DNA of 60,662 nucleotides, filler included, from Platydemus manokwari (lineage: Eukaryota), in NCBI GenBank assembly GCA_037951405.1. It is 6 parts of 6 records of this genome, joined end to end, with 100 filler letters (N's around TTAATTAATTAA, not from the genome) between each part and the next. Parts side by side here need not be neighbours in the genome. Positions count along the whole stretch, not along the records: positions 1 to 13,411 come from JBBMOY011738064.1; 5 more parts are not named here. The stretch is one strand, 5' to 3'. Positions 1 to 13,511 of this stretch are shown here, one piece after another. Made by a program: the position numbers and the translations under genes. The stretch's first letter is position 1; each line of letters opens with the position of its first letter. The notes beneath the pieces were generated by a model that was not told the origin of the DNA, searched no databases, and saw only the letters and a list, made by a program, of their open reading frames with translations.

Positions 1-20
1 ACTTTTGGTTCACCCTAATA
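1..20. mobile_element. Probable terminal inverted repeat tip of a Tc1/mariner element (rest lies outside the window)
   Basis: ACTTTTGGTTCACCCTAATA resembles the element ends ACTTTTTGGACACCCTG-TA (56927-56945) and ACTTTTGGCACATCCTG-TA (52657-52675). Only 20 bp are visible. Confidence 0.4.
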
Positions 21-1649
21 TATGGATAACTTTGTATGACTTCAGGGAAATATAAAATTCATTATTTAGACGCTAGTCGTTTGTTTAGAGACTTTATATT
101 GAATGACAATGCAAATTTATAGGATAGTTTATTTAAGATAAAAAATTTCATAGGTGAATATTTAATTCAATTTAAACATGAAAGATCTAATAAAACAATA
201 GAGAGATGTTATTTTATAAAATTAAAAATATCATTACTATTTTAATAATCACACATTAAAAATGAACTAAAAAGTTAAGACACAAAAATCTATTTAAATA
301 CAAAAATTAAACAAATAAATCTAATTTTATATTAATATGATTTTTTATAAAATTAGAATTACATCTGAATAAAATTTAAATAAATGTGAATTAAAAATTT
401 TTTTGAATTAAATTTAAATTTAATTCATTAAATAAAAACCCATCAAAATTTACATTTTAAAAAATATATCCATGAAACAATATTGACAAATAACCCGTAA
501 CATATTACGGAGGAGTAACATCAATAGAAAATTTATCACGCATTATCGCACATAATAAATAGTGACAGAATAAAATAACCATTTACAATAAATAAATTTA
601 ATCACAGAGTATTTTGGTCTGTTGTAATAATTTTGATAATAAAAAATTTATCTTTGCTATAAATAAAACGGAGTGCTATTAAATAATCGTAGAGAAATAT
701 CATAAGTGAGTCATAGGTGCTATATAAAACAGCAGTCACAATTATTACATTTTAAGTTTATAACAAGTAATAGTCAATACATCGATTACGATCTAATAGA
801 AAGAAGATCATTTTTGATTCTGGGATCCAAAAGATGCTTATTAATAAACTGGAAGAATTAACATTGCCCTGGTATATTTATAAAATCATCGATAATTTAC
901 ACTCAGTTATATATTTTTTATTCATAGAGCTGTCACTCAAACATATTGAGTTTGATTTTGCCACAATACTACGAATGGGTTTATAAATTACTACTTTCCA
1001 AGTATATCTATAGTTAGTATTTTTATTCAGAGTATGTTGTATATTTATTAAAAATATAATAAAATATTTTATAAAACAAACTTTTGATTTGTTGTATTAT
1101 AGGTCTACATTCATCATATATGATATTCAACCATTACCATCCCACTATCATTTTGGTGCTGAAACTGTTAGTATTTATAAATGTTGTAGTTGCCGGAATA
1201 TTAAGTTGCAGCTATCAGTAACGCTGCTGGCAACTAGGCTCTTACGCCCCCCTAGCATATGAGAATAAACTTTTACATAAAACCATAGTTGTGTTAATAA
1301 TTATCTTGATTATTTTAAATATTTAGCCATTTGATAACATTTATTATAAATTGTTATTGATTTGTCATACAATTACATTTTATTCAAATATTTCTATTAA
1401 TTTTATTTTATTTATTATTTCTAAAATAAAGGCCGCACTCACTGAAGTCAGATTATAATAATATTAACAACAATGAAAATTACTAATAAATTTTAAATTG
1501 TAATATCTCAGTAATTTTCACATATGAATTTTAACAATTTTCTACTCCTTTGGATATTTAAAGTAACGATAATTATAACCCATCATACATAATCAACCAA
1601 TGTTTAAGATAGTGAGTTGATTGGATTGCAAAAAAGATATCATAAATCT

Positions 1650-2690
1650 ACAAAGACACAAAGAGTTCTCAAATGTCATTACTATCATATCCAGCTAGCT
1701 GATCACCGAGATGGAATGTTTAGAACCCAAAAGAATAAGATCAAATACTTTTAATGATTTCGGTAAAATAATCTCATAAAACAAGGTCAAACTAGCGGAT
1801 AGTGCATAATTTTGAAAAAATCCTCTACAAAATGTTAAAGATGAAATATTTGTTGTAGGTAGAAACAATAGTTATCCAATTGTTATAGCAAGAAACTACA
1901 CAATAAAATTAGTGAAGCTTGTACATGAAGAATTATATAATCTTAAAGGTAATAAAATTTTTGAGAACTTTGTAGATAGCTTTACTATCCAGGTATGTTC
2001 TCAACCATCAAAAGTGCCACATAAAAATCTATTTGGTTTGTGCATAAAGAGAGACAGATCAAGACCGAACAAAACATATCTTAATACCTCAAAGGAGCTC
2101 TGAACTTCTGGAACAAATAGTGATAATCTTTGAGCATGGATAAGAATCAATCAAATAAAGGAAACCCGGTGGTGATCATTTAAAGTTCAGTAAGAAGGTG
2201 AACTTGAATATAGTTTTCAATGTCATTCCGAATTCTTGGATATATAGATTTTTTTAGGGAAACCACAGAGTATTTTGGCGCATGAGGAGAAACAATTCGA
2301 ATGTCAATACATGAAAGATTCCTGTGCAAAATTTTAATTGGAACAAGATTTTTGGATCTCATTTGGGTCATTCGAACAAAGTAGAAATGATCCCAATATT
2401 TCTAAAAAGAAGATGTTGGGAGAAAATTTGGAATGACCTTAAATGGATTAAATTTTGTATTTATACAAAGCAGCAGAAGAGATAGAGAGATAGAGAGAGA
2501 AAACAGAATTTTTAAGGTGAAAGAGAAATTATTAGTACGGTACGACCCCCACAAAAAGACCGAACAACGATTTCCATTACGAAGGATAATTCGAATGCCA
2601 AATATTGAGATCAGAAAAGCAAGGATATTTTAAGTTCAGAGATTCAATAAACCAAAACTCATTGAATCGTTGAAGAACAATTATGTAGAA
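1650..2690 (+). mobile_element. Decayed Ty3/Gypsy pol fragment (integrase)
   Basis: Frameshifted integrase motifs appear in order: KLVHEELYNLKGNK (zinc-binding HHCC region, ORF 1912), ELLEQIVI, NSWIYRF-GKPQSILAHEEKQFECQYMKDSCAKF (G-P-x-I-x-TD-x-G-x-QF core) and KVKEKLLVRYDPHKKTEQRF (pre-GPY/F region, ORF 2433). Confidence 0.7.
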
Positions 2691-3587
2691 AGAATTATAA
2701 AGAAAGTCTTACTGAGTAGTGATTTATGGATTAATCATGTTTGTTTAGGTAATTAAATATTATGACTAACGTGATTTTGAGAGATGTAACTAGCAGTATT
2801 CAAACTATATTTGAATTCACTATAACGCTATTCAATTCCAATATATAAACATAGCTATTTCTTAATAAATTCACCAATTATAAAAGCTTTCAAATAAATT
2901 ACACACAAGCACTTCATTCAACAACATTATTCCAGATTGAATGCAAGAATAATTAATCGATTCAAGACGACTTCTAATAGTGAACAATCTTATTGAAGTC
3001 TTTAATAATTTATGAATTAATAAACAATAAGATAAAAATTCCTCATGCAATCAAATAGTTTTTAGAAAGCAGAAAATTCATTCTTTATCAAATCGGTTAC
3101 CCATATTATACAATGAATATTTTTAAAAGCGTCTCCACAGTTATGAAAACAACAAAGTGTTTCAACCTTGCTTATTTATCGTTTTAAGGATGATTTATTG
3201 GCTTTATTTGTTTTCGATTATTCATTCTACAACATTAAATCCTGATAAAGTTTTTTCTGGACTTATCGCGTATTTATCGAACAAATATTGAATAGAAATT
3301 TAAGTGAGCTTGATTTCTATTGGTCATATTTAGGTTTCGAAGTGATAAACATTATTTACAAACCATTATATTTCATTAAACCTGGCTAGATAATAATCAG
3401 GATACATTTTTGCAACAATGATATTGATTTTAAATAATTGTAACAAAATGAAATACAAATGATCATAATAATAGGTTATATTGAAATTAAAATTCAACTT
3501 CAAATTATTATCATATCAGCACATTAAGTAAGCCATTATTGATTATAAAATAAACCATAACATTATGATATATATATAATAATACAA

Positions 3588-6500
3588 TCATTCCAATTTA
3601 TCTGGATTATATTTTAATGATTGTGAGTCTTCTTCATGAATATTAAACATATCCAAATACAATTCTGGAAATACCAGTTCTGGATGTTTGTATCTTAATT
3701 CTTGAATAATTGTCAGGTGTTCGACATTCATGACCGAAAGCATCTTGGGCACTTCTTCGAATATAATTTCAAATCTCCTCAGATTTTTTATTGGGGTATT
3801 TGTTGGATTTAAATTTTGATCACGACTTTCAAAACGATTAACACTACTGTTGATTTCATTGGTTTCATCATCTGATGAAATAAATCATCTCATTGTTCAA
3901 TGCATTAATCAATTTACTTTCCAAATAGTTCCATAACAATGACTTGGCCTGGTTTAAAATTCGTTTTCCATCTTCGGGAACGGAAAGAAGTTGAAAATCT
4001 TAATACAAACCATGAATTATAATTGTGGATAGCGAAATGAATATATTTGTTAAGATTCATAATATTTGTTTTATTTATATTTTTATTCTTTACTTATTGG
4101 TCTATCCGTTGAGATTACAATTAATATCTAAACTCAATCATTATTTCCCAGTAAAATTAAATATTTTCAATAACAATACTTAAACATTATTTAGGACTTG
4201 ATTTATTGGAAGTTAATAATAATCTAAGCTATTGGCTTGAATTGATCGGTTGATATATTTCAATTTCTATACAAAAATAGATTTAAAAATTATATATGTA
4301 TATAAACCAGATTATTTTAAATTCATTCGATTCGATCTTCAGATCATATTTCTTATATCATTGTATTCGAAGCTGTTCAAGAATAAAAGCGGCCTACCCT
4401 ATCAGGGCTGATGTTAATTCATATTTTATAAAAGCATATTCATGTGATATCCAAAACTTCAAATTCATAATTCCCTATGATGTGGCTTAATGTATTTTAA
4501 ATATACTATTTTTTCAGCTGAATGGATTTCTACTACTAATAATTATAGCAATAATAATGTAAAGATAATAATAAAGATAATAGTAATGATTATAATAATA
4601 ATGATTATAATAATAACAATAATAATATTAATAAAAATGATAATTATAATGATAATAATTACAATAATAATAGTAGAAATAATAACAATATTAATTATAA
4701 TAATAATAATAATGTGTTAAAATAATTATTATCTAAAACGTTTACTTTATACAAAAAGTGGTTCTTGTTCAGAAAATAATTTTGATAAAATATTTTCTCC
4801 TGAAATAAAATGTTTGATATCTGGAATGCTACGGAATGAAACACAATAAAATTTTTCTTCATAAAGAAAAGGTGAATAATTCTCTGTGAGAGAATCTCCT
4901 GTGATGCAAAAACAGATCTGTCAAAGCCGAAATTTTTGTGAGAAAAACTTTTATTCAATGAATAATACAAACTTATCAAAGACATAAAATAATAAATTTT
5001 ATTATCCCGAGAAAATTCCTTTGTATGATCGTCAAGACTGTGAATCAATAAATGGTTTCATGTTGAATGTGTTGAGTTGTTTTCTAAATATTATTATTAT
5101 TATACGTATGTTATTTTCCACTTGGTTGATTATTTTGGAATCCGTATAGCGTTGTGAAATATTTGACAATAATTTAATGTAGAAATTGTTATTCAAATAT
5201 GTTTCGGTTATTATTGTGAATTTTTATGTGCAAAATGAATACCATTTTGATTACAGGGGTATTTATAAAATTAATGGAGTGGCTGTGGTCAGATTATAAA
5301 AACAGAGTGACTGAAGTGGCAAGTACACAAAATGTAACAACCGGGGGTTTTAAGTAAACGGTAGTCATGGTTGCCAAATATTCGGTCAACCTCCTTTCGT
5401 ATTTTTATATATTATAATAATTTTTTCCAAAAATTCCGATTTTATTTTTGTTTAAACTTAATATACGGATTACTAAATATTTTAAAATTTATTTCAAAAC
5501 CATGGTTATTTCATGTTGTCATTTTCAAACAAGGTTTTCGCATATTTCTGTCATGTCTTAATATTTATGTATCTTATCTCTTACTAACTGTAAATATAAA
5601 TAATAGTAATACAAACAGTAGTCGATCCGTTATATTCCTATGAAACGTAAATCTAATTTTATAATAAACTTATTACTTTTCATAAGCTCCAGAACACACA
5701 TAAGGCTGATGGCATAGCTGGACAATTGCAATGAATAGATATATCGGCTTATTTTAAGCAAATGATCGGCTATTGCTTGAAATGCTTCAAATTTTTTCAA
5801 TATAAGATCTCTATCGACATTGGAGAAATCGAAATAATTAAAATTATCAATATCTGGATGGTAATCCTCAGACAATTTTAAAAGTATTATTGGATACATA
5901 GCTTCTTGGACGAGTAGTCGTCGAAATTTTAAGTCGAATTTATTGAATCCTTAAACAAATTATAATATTAAGATTCGATATTTAAATCTCCGATTGATAG
6001 AACAAGAACATTGAAGAACTTTTCTGAAAACATACACTCTTTAACTTTTAATATGTTTTTATCTTGATTCTCAATTGGAGAATTTTAGCATGACAATGTC
6101 ACTCATGTCATTGTTTACAGAACTCTTTGGCTCATATCATTTAAACTATTGTCGGAAATTGGAATAACTTTAAAAAACCTACGCTTTAAAGAAAAATACT
6201 TAAATCTTCAGGAAAAAAAACTTATTTGAGTTATTTAAACAAAATAAAATTAGCTCTCAAATTAACATTTAGGAAATTCTCTCATCTCTTTAATTGTATG
6301 CCGAATTCGGTTACATCAGCTGAAAAAATGAAGAATTAGATTTTTATATTGATTTAATCTAACAAATTCAAGTAGTCGATCTTTATTTGCTAATGACTTG
6401 AAGGGATGTCGTTTCATGCTTTACTACAGTAAAAATGTCCTTTAATTCCATCACAAAAAATTATTAAAATTTGAAAAAGCACGTTGTTCAGAATACTTAA

Positions 6501-9500
6501 ACAAAAATTGAATTTCAATGTTATCTATCACAAATATTATTCGTCAATGACTTTCAATCTAATTTTTAACCATCAAAAACAAGCGCATTGATAAAGAGAT
6601 AAATTTCAATCAAAATCCTACCAGGAATGGCTTTGACAAATTGTACTACCATAGCCGAATGAACGTCAAAATAATTCATCATGTAATTCCATAAATCAGT
6701 CAAAAGTACATGCTGCTTTGTACTATAACTGCCGAAATTCTTCAGACTCTTCATAAATGCATGATCAATTAAAGAAAAACAATAAGAAAATCTTACCGAT
6801 TTCGATATGTAAACGATTTTTGTGGCTTCTTTAATCGAATTCTCAAAGAGAAATCTTTCTTCGTTTGATTGGAAAATTTCAATATCCAGTGAATTTAATA
6901 TTTTCTCCTTGAATTTTTCTAAATCGACATCTTTTGATTGACTAGTCTTCAATTGAACTGGTGGCTGTAATTTTCGACAAGGACGATTAAGAACGGATTT
7001 CTTATTGTGGCAATTATTGTTAATTTCTTCATTGATCGGTTTTGAATCTTGCGATCGTTGCATTATTTCCAAGACACAGTGAAATTTGACAGCATTGGGT
7101 TGTCTTCCTATTCTGCTTCCTGAATATTTTTCAATCGAAATTGAACATAAATAATTTTTATATTATTTCTGCAAGACAATTTATTGATCTGAGTTTACAA
7201 ACATAGACTTAACAAAAAGTCTTTTGGAACTAGGATTCTTTTTAAAATAATAATACATTTTTCTTCTAAATTTCGTACTATGATATTAATGTTATTATAA
7301 GATAGTATTTCGAAAGATGGCAAGTCATAATTGATTATATTTAATATTATACCAGTGGTATACGACTAAATTAGTAGCCTTCCGAGTTTGGTAGACTAAA
7401 ATGACAACGAGCCACCTCTTCTCAACTCATTTCCAGTTAGATCAAAAAACAAACCAAGAACAACACCTTCAACAGTTTTTAGGGTGATAACATTCTGTAA
7501 GATTTTTAATTAAATATGCCAGTACATCAGAAGAAATAAAATAAAAGTTAAGAATTTCAATATTTTTCAAAATATTTTCACGAGTATTATTCACGTGTAA
7601 TCTCCTAACGAGAGCTTCCGTCACCAATTGGGTGATTGTAAATGGTTATATAACTAGGAAATGTCTGAAAAACACTGGTCTTCATACATCACTATTCAAG
7701 ATCTTAATCCAATTTGACTTACACTTCTATGTATTAATCGACAATACTATGAAGTTATCGAGAAAACTTTTGTGGATTAATTCTATCGATATTTTATTAT
7801 TATCAGTAATACGAAACGAATATTATTTCCATGGATCCCATCATCAATGCTTTCCATAAATTAAATCAAACACTATGCATTCTCAGAATATTTTATTTTA
7901 TATCAATGCCAGTTCATATTTATATTTAATGTCGTTTTTGCATTTTTTCAGATGAAATTATGAATCTCTATGTCATATCGCAAACATATTAGCACCAAAT
8001 TAAAAGACTTTCTCACCTTGTGTAATAAATTAATCTTCTGAAGGGTATCAATTGCTCGAATTAGATAGTAATATTATTATTATCATTGCTGATGCAGGCT
8101 AATATCATGTAATCAAATCACATCAATTTATTAACTCGTGTTGACTCGTTCTCTGTCGGCATAGTCGATGATAAAAATTTATTATATATAAATTATGATT
8201 ATTGTTGGTTGATAAAGAATGGCACAGAAAATACATACCGTACTGTTAAAGTTTTGTTGAATGTGCGTGTGTGTTATGTCTGTTTGAATATGTGTGTTCG
8301 AATAACATGATTGACAGAGAATTGTGCATAGTTAAGGAAATGATATAGCAAGGTTGCTCTGACAATTGCATACATATCTGGATAACGAGCAAAGTACACA
8401 CTGGTTCTCACAGTACTAGAGATCCCATTGTACCGCATCGGCAACTTCAAAAGAATCTGACGCAAAATTTGCATGTGTATTGAGATCAAAGAGGCCGTAG
8501 CATGCGCACAGTTATTCCCTCAATGAATCGAAGAACAACAGCCAATTAACCGTGGATTCTCATTCAAACGATACAGGACTGCTCTGTCTTTGCCATTTGA
8601 TTTCATATTTTGTAAATCTTCCCACTTTACAAACATTAAAATTTTGTATACACCTATTATATTCGGTCTACAACTAACTGATATCGATAAACATAAATAG
8701 GATGGCCTTAATCGAGATTTTTGTGCAAAGCCATAATTATTAGGTGATAACCATAAAATGAGTGTTGGAAATCCATGAAAATAGATAATCAAATCGGCTT
8801 TCTCTACGATGCAATATGATTTCCAGTGAAATTGTCGCACCGATTATACAACAAGTGGTTTTTATCACAAAAACTTTGGTAATTAAACGAGAATTATTTC
8901 CCACATTTAAAATTAAACAAGGCGATTAAATGTTTTTTTGGAATTTTTAATAACTATAACAACTCACGGATAATTATTCGAATGATTTTCTCATCATATT
9001 TGCTATTAATAGTTTAGATTTTTGATTCGTGGTCATGACAATCTCATAGACATTATTCTAAGAATGAAATCCCGATGATTTGACTTGAATTTACTATGGT
9101 TAAAATTTTTGATTCATAAATTATCAATTTATTATTGATTTTATTATCTTAAACAAAATGATCATTCTCACGTTAACATCTGAAGATGAGATGAAATGAA
9201 TGAAAAAAATCGTGATAATATTAACACTGTTTTCAAACGAAAAAACTGTTCTGATTCTAAGTGTTTTAGAAATTAAATAACTGTCATCATTATTTTCTGT
9301 TTTAGTTTCGTAATAAATCATTAATTATAATAACACTTGAATAATGTCAAAATGTATCTCATTATCTGTTTAATGTTTCAAATAATGGATGGCAAAACAT
9401 AAGATTCAAACACTCATATTTATTTACACCTGATTTACATTTGTTGGACTAAATAAAGGATTTTCCTTTTCGACAATAATTTACAAACACTTGTTATCAT

Positions 9501-12259
9501 TCAAATTGGCGTACAATTCTGTGTTTGGTAATTCTTAGAATGATTTGTTGGCGAACATTTAATCCTTCACTTTTCGATCATTTTTATCAAATATTTTTGA
9601 ATTTTAAACACAATCTCTACCGGTTTGAAAAAGTGTTTATAAATGAGTCTTCGATTCTTTGTTTTTCTTGTCAAACAAACCAAAAAGAAAAATGAACTGA
9701 AGATACGCTTGTTACATTTTGAATGATTGATTCATGAGATGACACTGGATTCAATGCAAGACACACAATGACAAGATATTGTTATAATAATGATGATTTC
9801 ATTTTGTTCTGTGACAGCAGCTTTACGGGTTGGTTATCAGAATAACAAATCACGCTTTCAGTAATTTATTTTGGTAATTATTTAAAATATTTTATAATTC
9901 GAATATAGCTAGTAACAGCAATTGTCGAATATGTCAGAAAATAAGGAAATTGAAGCATATTTACTTCCATGTAGAATTTTATTTGAAATTTGAGCTGATT
10001 ATAATAAATTTGGAAATGAAAAAAATAATTTTATTATAATATTAAATCTCATTAATCTGTATCCGAAATATTCAATCTTTTGGCGTGAAAGGACAAAAAT
10101 TCTAGCTTTTTTGTGTACTGCAATAATTGATTGAAAGTATGATATTTATGCTAATATTGCTGAAAATGTTTCAATGACTGAAGGTCAACTTGATTCAATA
10201 CAAATAATATTGAAAAGATCGATGTTTGTATTTATAATCACATGATTATTTGATTCGCTTTTCGTTTGTTGACTCGTAATGCATGTATTATTTTAAATTG
10301 TATTTTGTATTGTTTTCTGATGGACTAACTAATTTCTACCAATTGGCCGGAATTTTATGACCACCGTTGTAGATTATTCGTTAACACATGCAGATCACAT
10401 TTGTTATAATTTGTCTGACTGTCAATAATAGGTAGTTGCAATAATAACGAGACAATACGGAAATATCATATAGAAATAAATAGAGAAATAATAATTATAT
10501 ATTTCGGACTTGAGAAATGATTTTCGGACAAAACAAAATTCTAGAATTATATATTCAAAAATTTCCAATTTACTAAAGTATATCACTTATATGTCTTACA
10601 AGTCTCTAAGGTTCTTGTTTTGTTAACGAATATTTATTATTATAGAACAATTTTTTTTGAATTCTTTGCATCAATTTACTGGGGTTTAAATTAAGGCGTT
10701 TAAATGTCCTAAAATTTTTTTAATTTGTCAAACTGTAATTTTGATGAAAATTTAATACAATGTTTTATAGATAATATTTTACCAGGAATTTCAAGTTTTT
10801 GATTTTAAATACAATCAGGGAATTTAATTATATATCGCATGATATGATTATATCAATGTTATATATTGAGTGATTGGACTTTAAGACAAACGTTAAGTCA
10901 CAAAAATCAAAACTATTTTTCAACAAATTTCGAAAGATCTAAATAATGACAGATTCTAAAATGAATTGGGATACATTTTGTTTTGTTTGTAAATAATAAT
11001 GCCGTTAATCAAAATGATAATATTTGTCCTATGAAGATCGGTTTGGTGATTATAAGAATCATTGCTAGTATATACATGTCCGTGTGTGTATGTTTTGTGA
11101 ATTATGGTTGCTGCTGCTATTTTAAAATTTTCAAAGAGATTCACGAAAGTATCTCTGAAATTTAATTTTAAAAAGTCTAAAATAAACAGAACAATTGACA
11201 TTGATTTATCAAAGAATAAAATCATCAAACAAAAATATAAAAAGTAAATTATATTTAATGTCGAATACTTTAGTAGATTTAATTAGGAATTAATAACTTC
11301 AAATTCTTTGATTTATATTTAAAGCAAGTATTTCCCAATTCTTGATAGAAAATAATTATAAATATGGTGATTATCGGGTTTATGTCAACGAGAAACTTGA
11401 TATCGACGAAAACAACTCATTAGTGAATCAAATATTTCAAAAGAATGATTTTACTTTGAATCAACTAAGAGATTAACAAACAATATTCAAATTTTCAAAC
11501 ATGTATCAATGGAATTTAATCAAAATATCAAATATAATTTCCTTTTACCACTCGTTTTTATGAGAAATTAACACCGAAATCCAAAAAACAGCTCACTTTC
11601 ATTTTTAGCGAACTGGTAACCCTATTAATTTGTCCCTCGATTCTTTAATGATCTTTGAAGAGAAAATAAGTAAAATTAACAATTAGCTGATCCGGTCGGG
11701 TTAAGGACCGGTAATGGGATAATTGCCCAAGTTGATAATGAGTTGATGTGCCATTAAGTGAAATGTTGTTTTACTGGAGTTGTAACAATTTCACGCTCTA
11801 CTTGTCAGCCACGTCAATTTACGAATCCATGGAAATTTTACATCGAAACCGGTACACAAAGGACGTTGACTGGCAATTATATCACTGGAACACACATTCA
11901 AATTGTCAAATATAAGGTTCGTCGACATTTTTGAAAAATGATGTGGTCAATCGCTCGATGATTTGGGTTAGGATTTTTAAGTGGAACTGACAAAAACATT
12001 CATAAACATACCAGTATATAATTTTTTAGGGCGATTATTATCAGTTAACAAAGCTCTTATTTTGAGTGAAATGAAAATCAAAATCGCTTTGTAAATCACC
12101 TTTTTTCATACCTTTTTTTGACATTCCCACTTCAATGCATCTCTTGAATCTGCAACTTTTACATAGGTTTCGACTGCTACTGCCCGTTAAAGAACAATCA
12201 TTGTAACCAGTTATACAGACGAGCTGTTGGTTGGTGCTCTCAGTTCGCCTAAAAAATCC
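3588..12259 (-). CDS. Nuclear hormone receptor, 2DBD-NR alpha-like, 5'-partial; exons 12259-12112, 7119-6622, 5949-5677, 3998-3918, 3871-3588
   Basis: All introns are GT-AG with compatible phases, giving 1284 nt in frame. Motifs: second zinc finger GFFRRTESTNQQLVCITGYNDCSLTGSSSRNLCKSCRFKRCIEVGMSKKG, GRIP box SRIGRQPNAVKF, LBD signature FVKAIPGF, helix 9 NFQLLSVPEDGKRIL and AF-2-like HPELVFPELYLDMF. The first-finger exon(s) are not found before the contig end. Confidence 0.92.
4540..4712. repeat. Degenerate (AAT)n microsatellite in a nuclear receptor intron
   Basis: Run of AAT/GAT/AAC triplets. It explains the spurious poly-Ile ORF 4490-4720. Confidence 0.9.
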
Positions 12260-13290
12260 CTAAGAAAAATAATATTTGAATTAGTTTTCAAAAATTATAA
12301 ATCAAATGAAATAATTGGACCAATTTTATCATAATCTCCTTGAATTTATTATTATTATTATTATTATTTTACAGTGTTGCTTTGTTATCCTACATGAATA
12401 TCGCCATTAAATACTACAAACAAATGCATCATTAATCCAAAACAAAATCTTTTAAATAAATTTTATCATTTGAAAATATTGAATTTATCAATAAATCATA
12501 CAGATTTACATCAAAACATTAATTATGTTTAAATATTCAGTTTTGAAAAATTTGGATTTCAAATTATTAAAATGTTTTCGCTCGGATGATTAATTTTGAA
12601 AAGAATATTAGTAATATCATTGTTCTATAAGTAGTTATTTATATACTAAATTTATTTCAATGAAATGCCAATTTGTCTGGTTGATTTGCAGACATTGGAT
12701 AAGTTTTGACACTTTATTTTACTGATATTGTTTTATAGATTGGAATGATTGTTTACATTTATCGATTGTGATGATATATAATCTGGAAAGAAGTGAATTT
12801 AAGGATACGCGTGACACTGATATTATAAATATTGTCGTGGTCGTGAAAAATTATATTAAATAATATAATTTATCACCATTTATGTTCAAACTCTGATTTT
12901 AATATGGTAATGGGGGTGTATATAATTTGAATATATATTATTATTTGAAACTATTATTAATAATAGTTTATCAACTAATAATAATTTATCATTTTAATTG
13001 CTATTCTATTTATGAATTTATAAATAAATGAGACCCATCGTCAATAATAAAATGAAATCATAACAATAGAAAGTCATTTGCTGGAATTTTGTATTTGATC
13101 TGATTTTAAATGGCTAAATATTTAATTGATGTTTAATTAAAATAAATTTCCTCAGCTTCATAGAAATTGTTTAGAAAACTTATTACGGACGATTTAATGA
13201 TTTTCAGATTTTCAAAAGAAAATTTTGGAATACATAAATTAATTTATGTTTATTCAGTTGATTTATTTATATTTTGACATTAAATTAAAA

Positions 13291-13411
13291 ATATATAAAT
13301 GTATATGAATATATATGAATGTATACGAATGTATATAAATGTATATGAATATATATGAATGTATACGAATGTATATAAATGTATATGAATATATATGAAT
13401 GTATATAAATG
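13291..13411. repeat. 10-bp minisatellite (RTATAYRAAT) with 40-bp higher-order period
   Basis: Units ATATATGAAT, GTATACGAAT, GTATATAAAT and GTATATGAAT repeat about 12 times up to the contig end. Confidence 0.9.
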
Positions 13412-13511
13412 NNNNNNNNNNNNNNNNNNNNNNNNNNNNNNNNNNNNNNNNNNNNTTAATTAATTAANNNNNNNNNNNNNNNNNNNNNNNNNNNNNNNNN
13501 NNNNNNNNNNN
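13412..13511. other. Artificial contig-join spacer
   Basis: 44 N + TTAATTAATTAA (stop codons in all six frames) + 44 N = 100 bp. Confidence 0.98.

Noticed and set aside
800-1170. Three short plus-strand exon-like segments
   Set aside because: Splice signals are present, but no single phase-consistent, recognisable protein could be built.
4490-4720. Hydrophobic poly-Ile ORF
   Set aside because: It is the translation of an AAT microsatellite.
7353-7677. hAT-like MITE (CAGTGG...AAAACACTG)
   Set aside because: The terminal match is very short and there is no 8-bp target duplication.
13456-13467. Recurrent palindrome TTAATTAATTAA as a biological repeat or CRISPR-like array
   Set aside because: It is always centred in 88 Ns, so it is an assembly linker.
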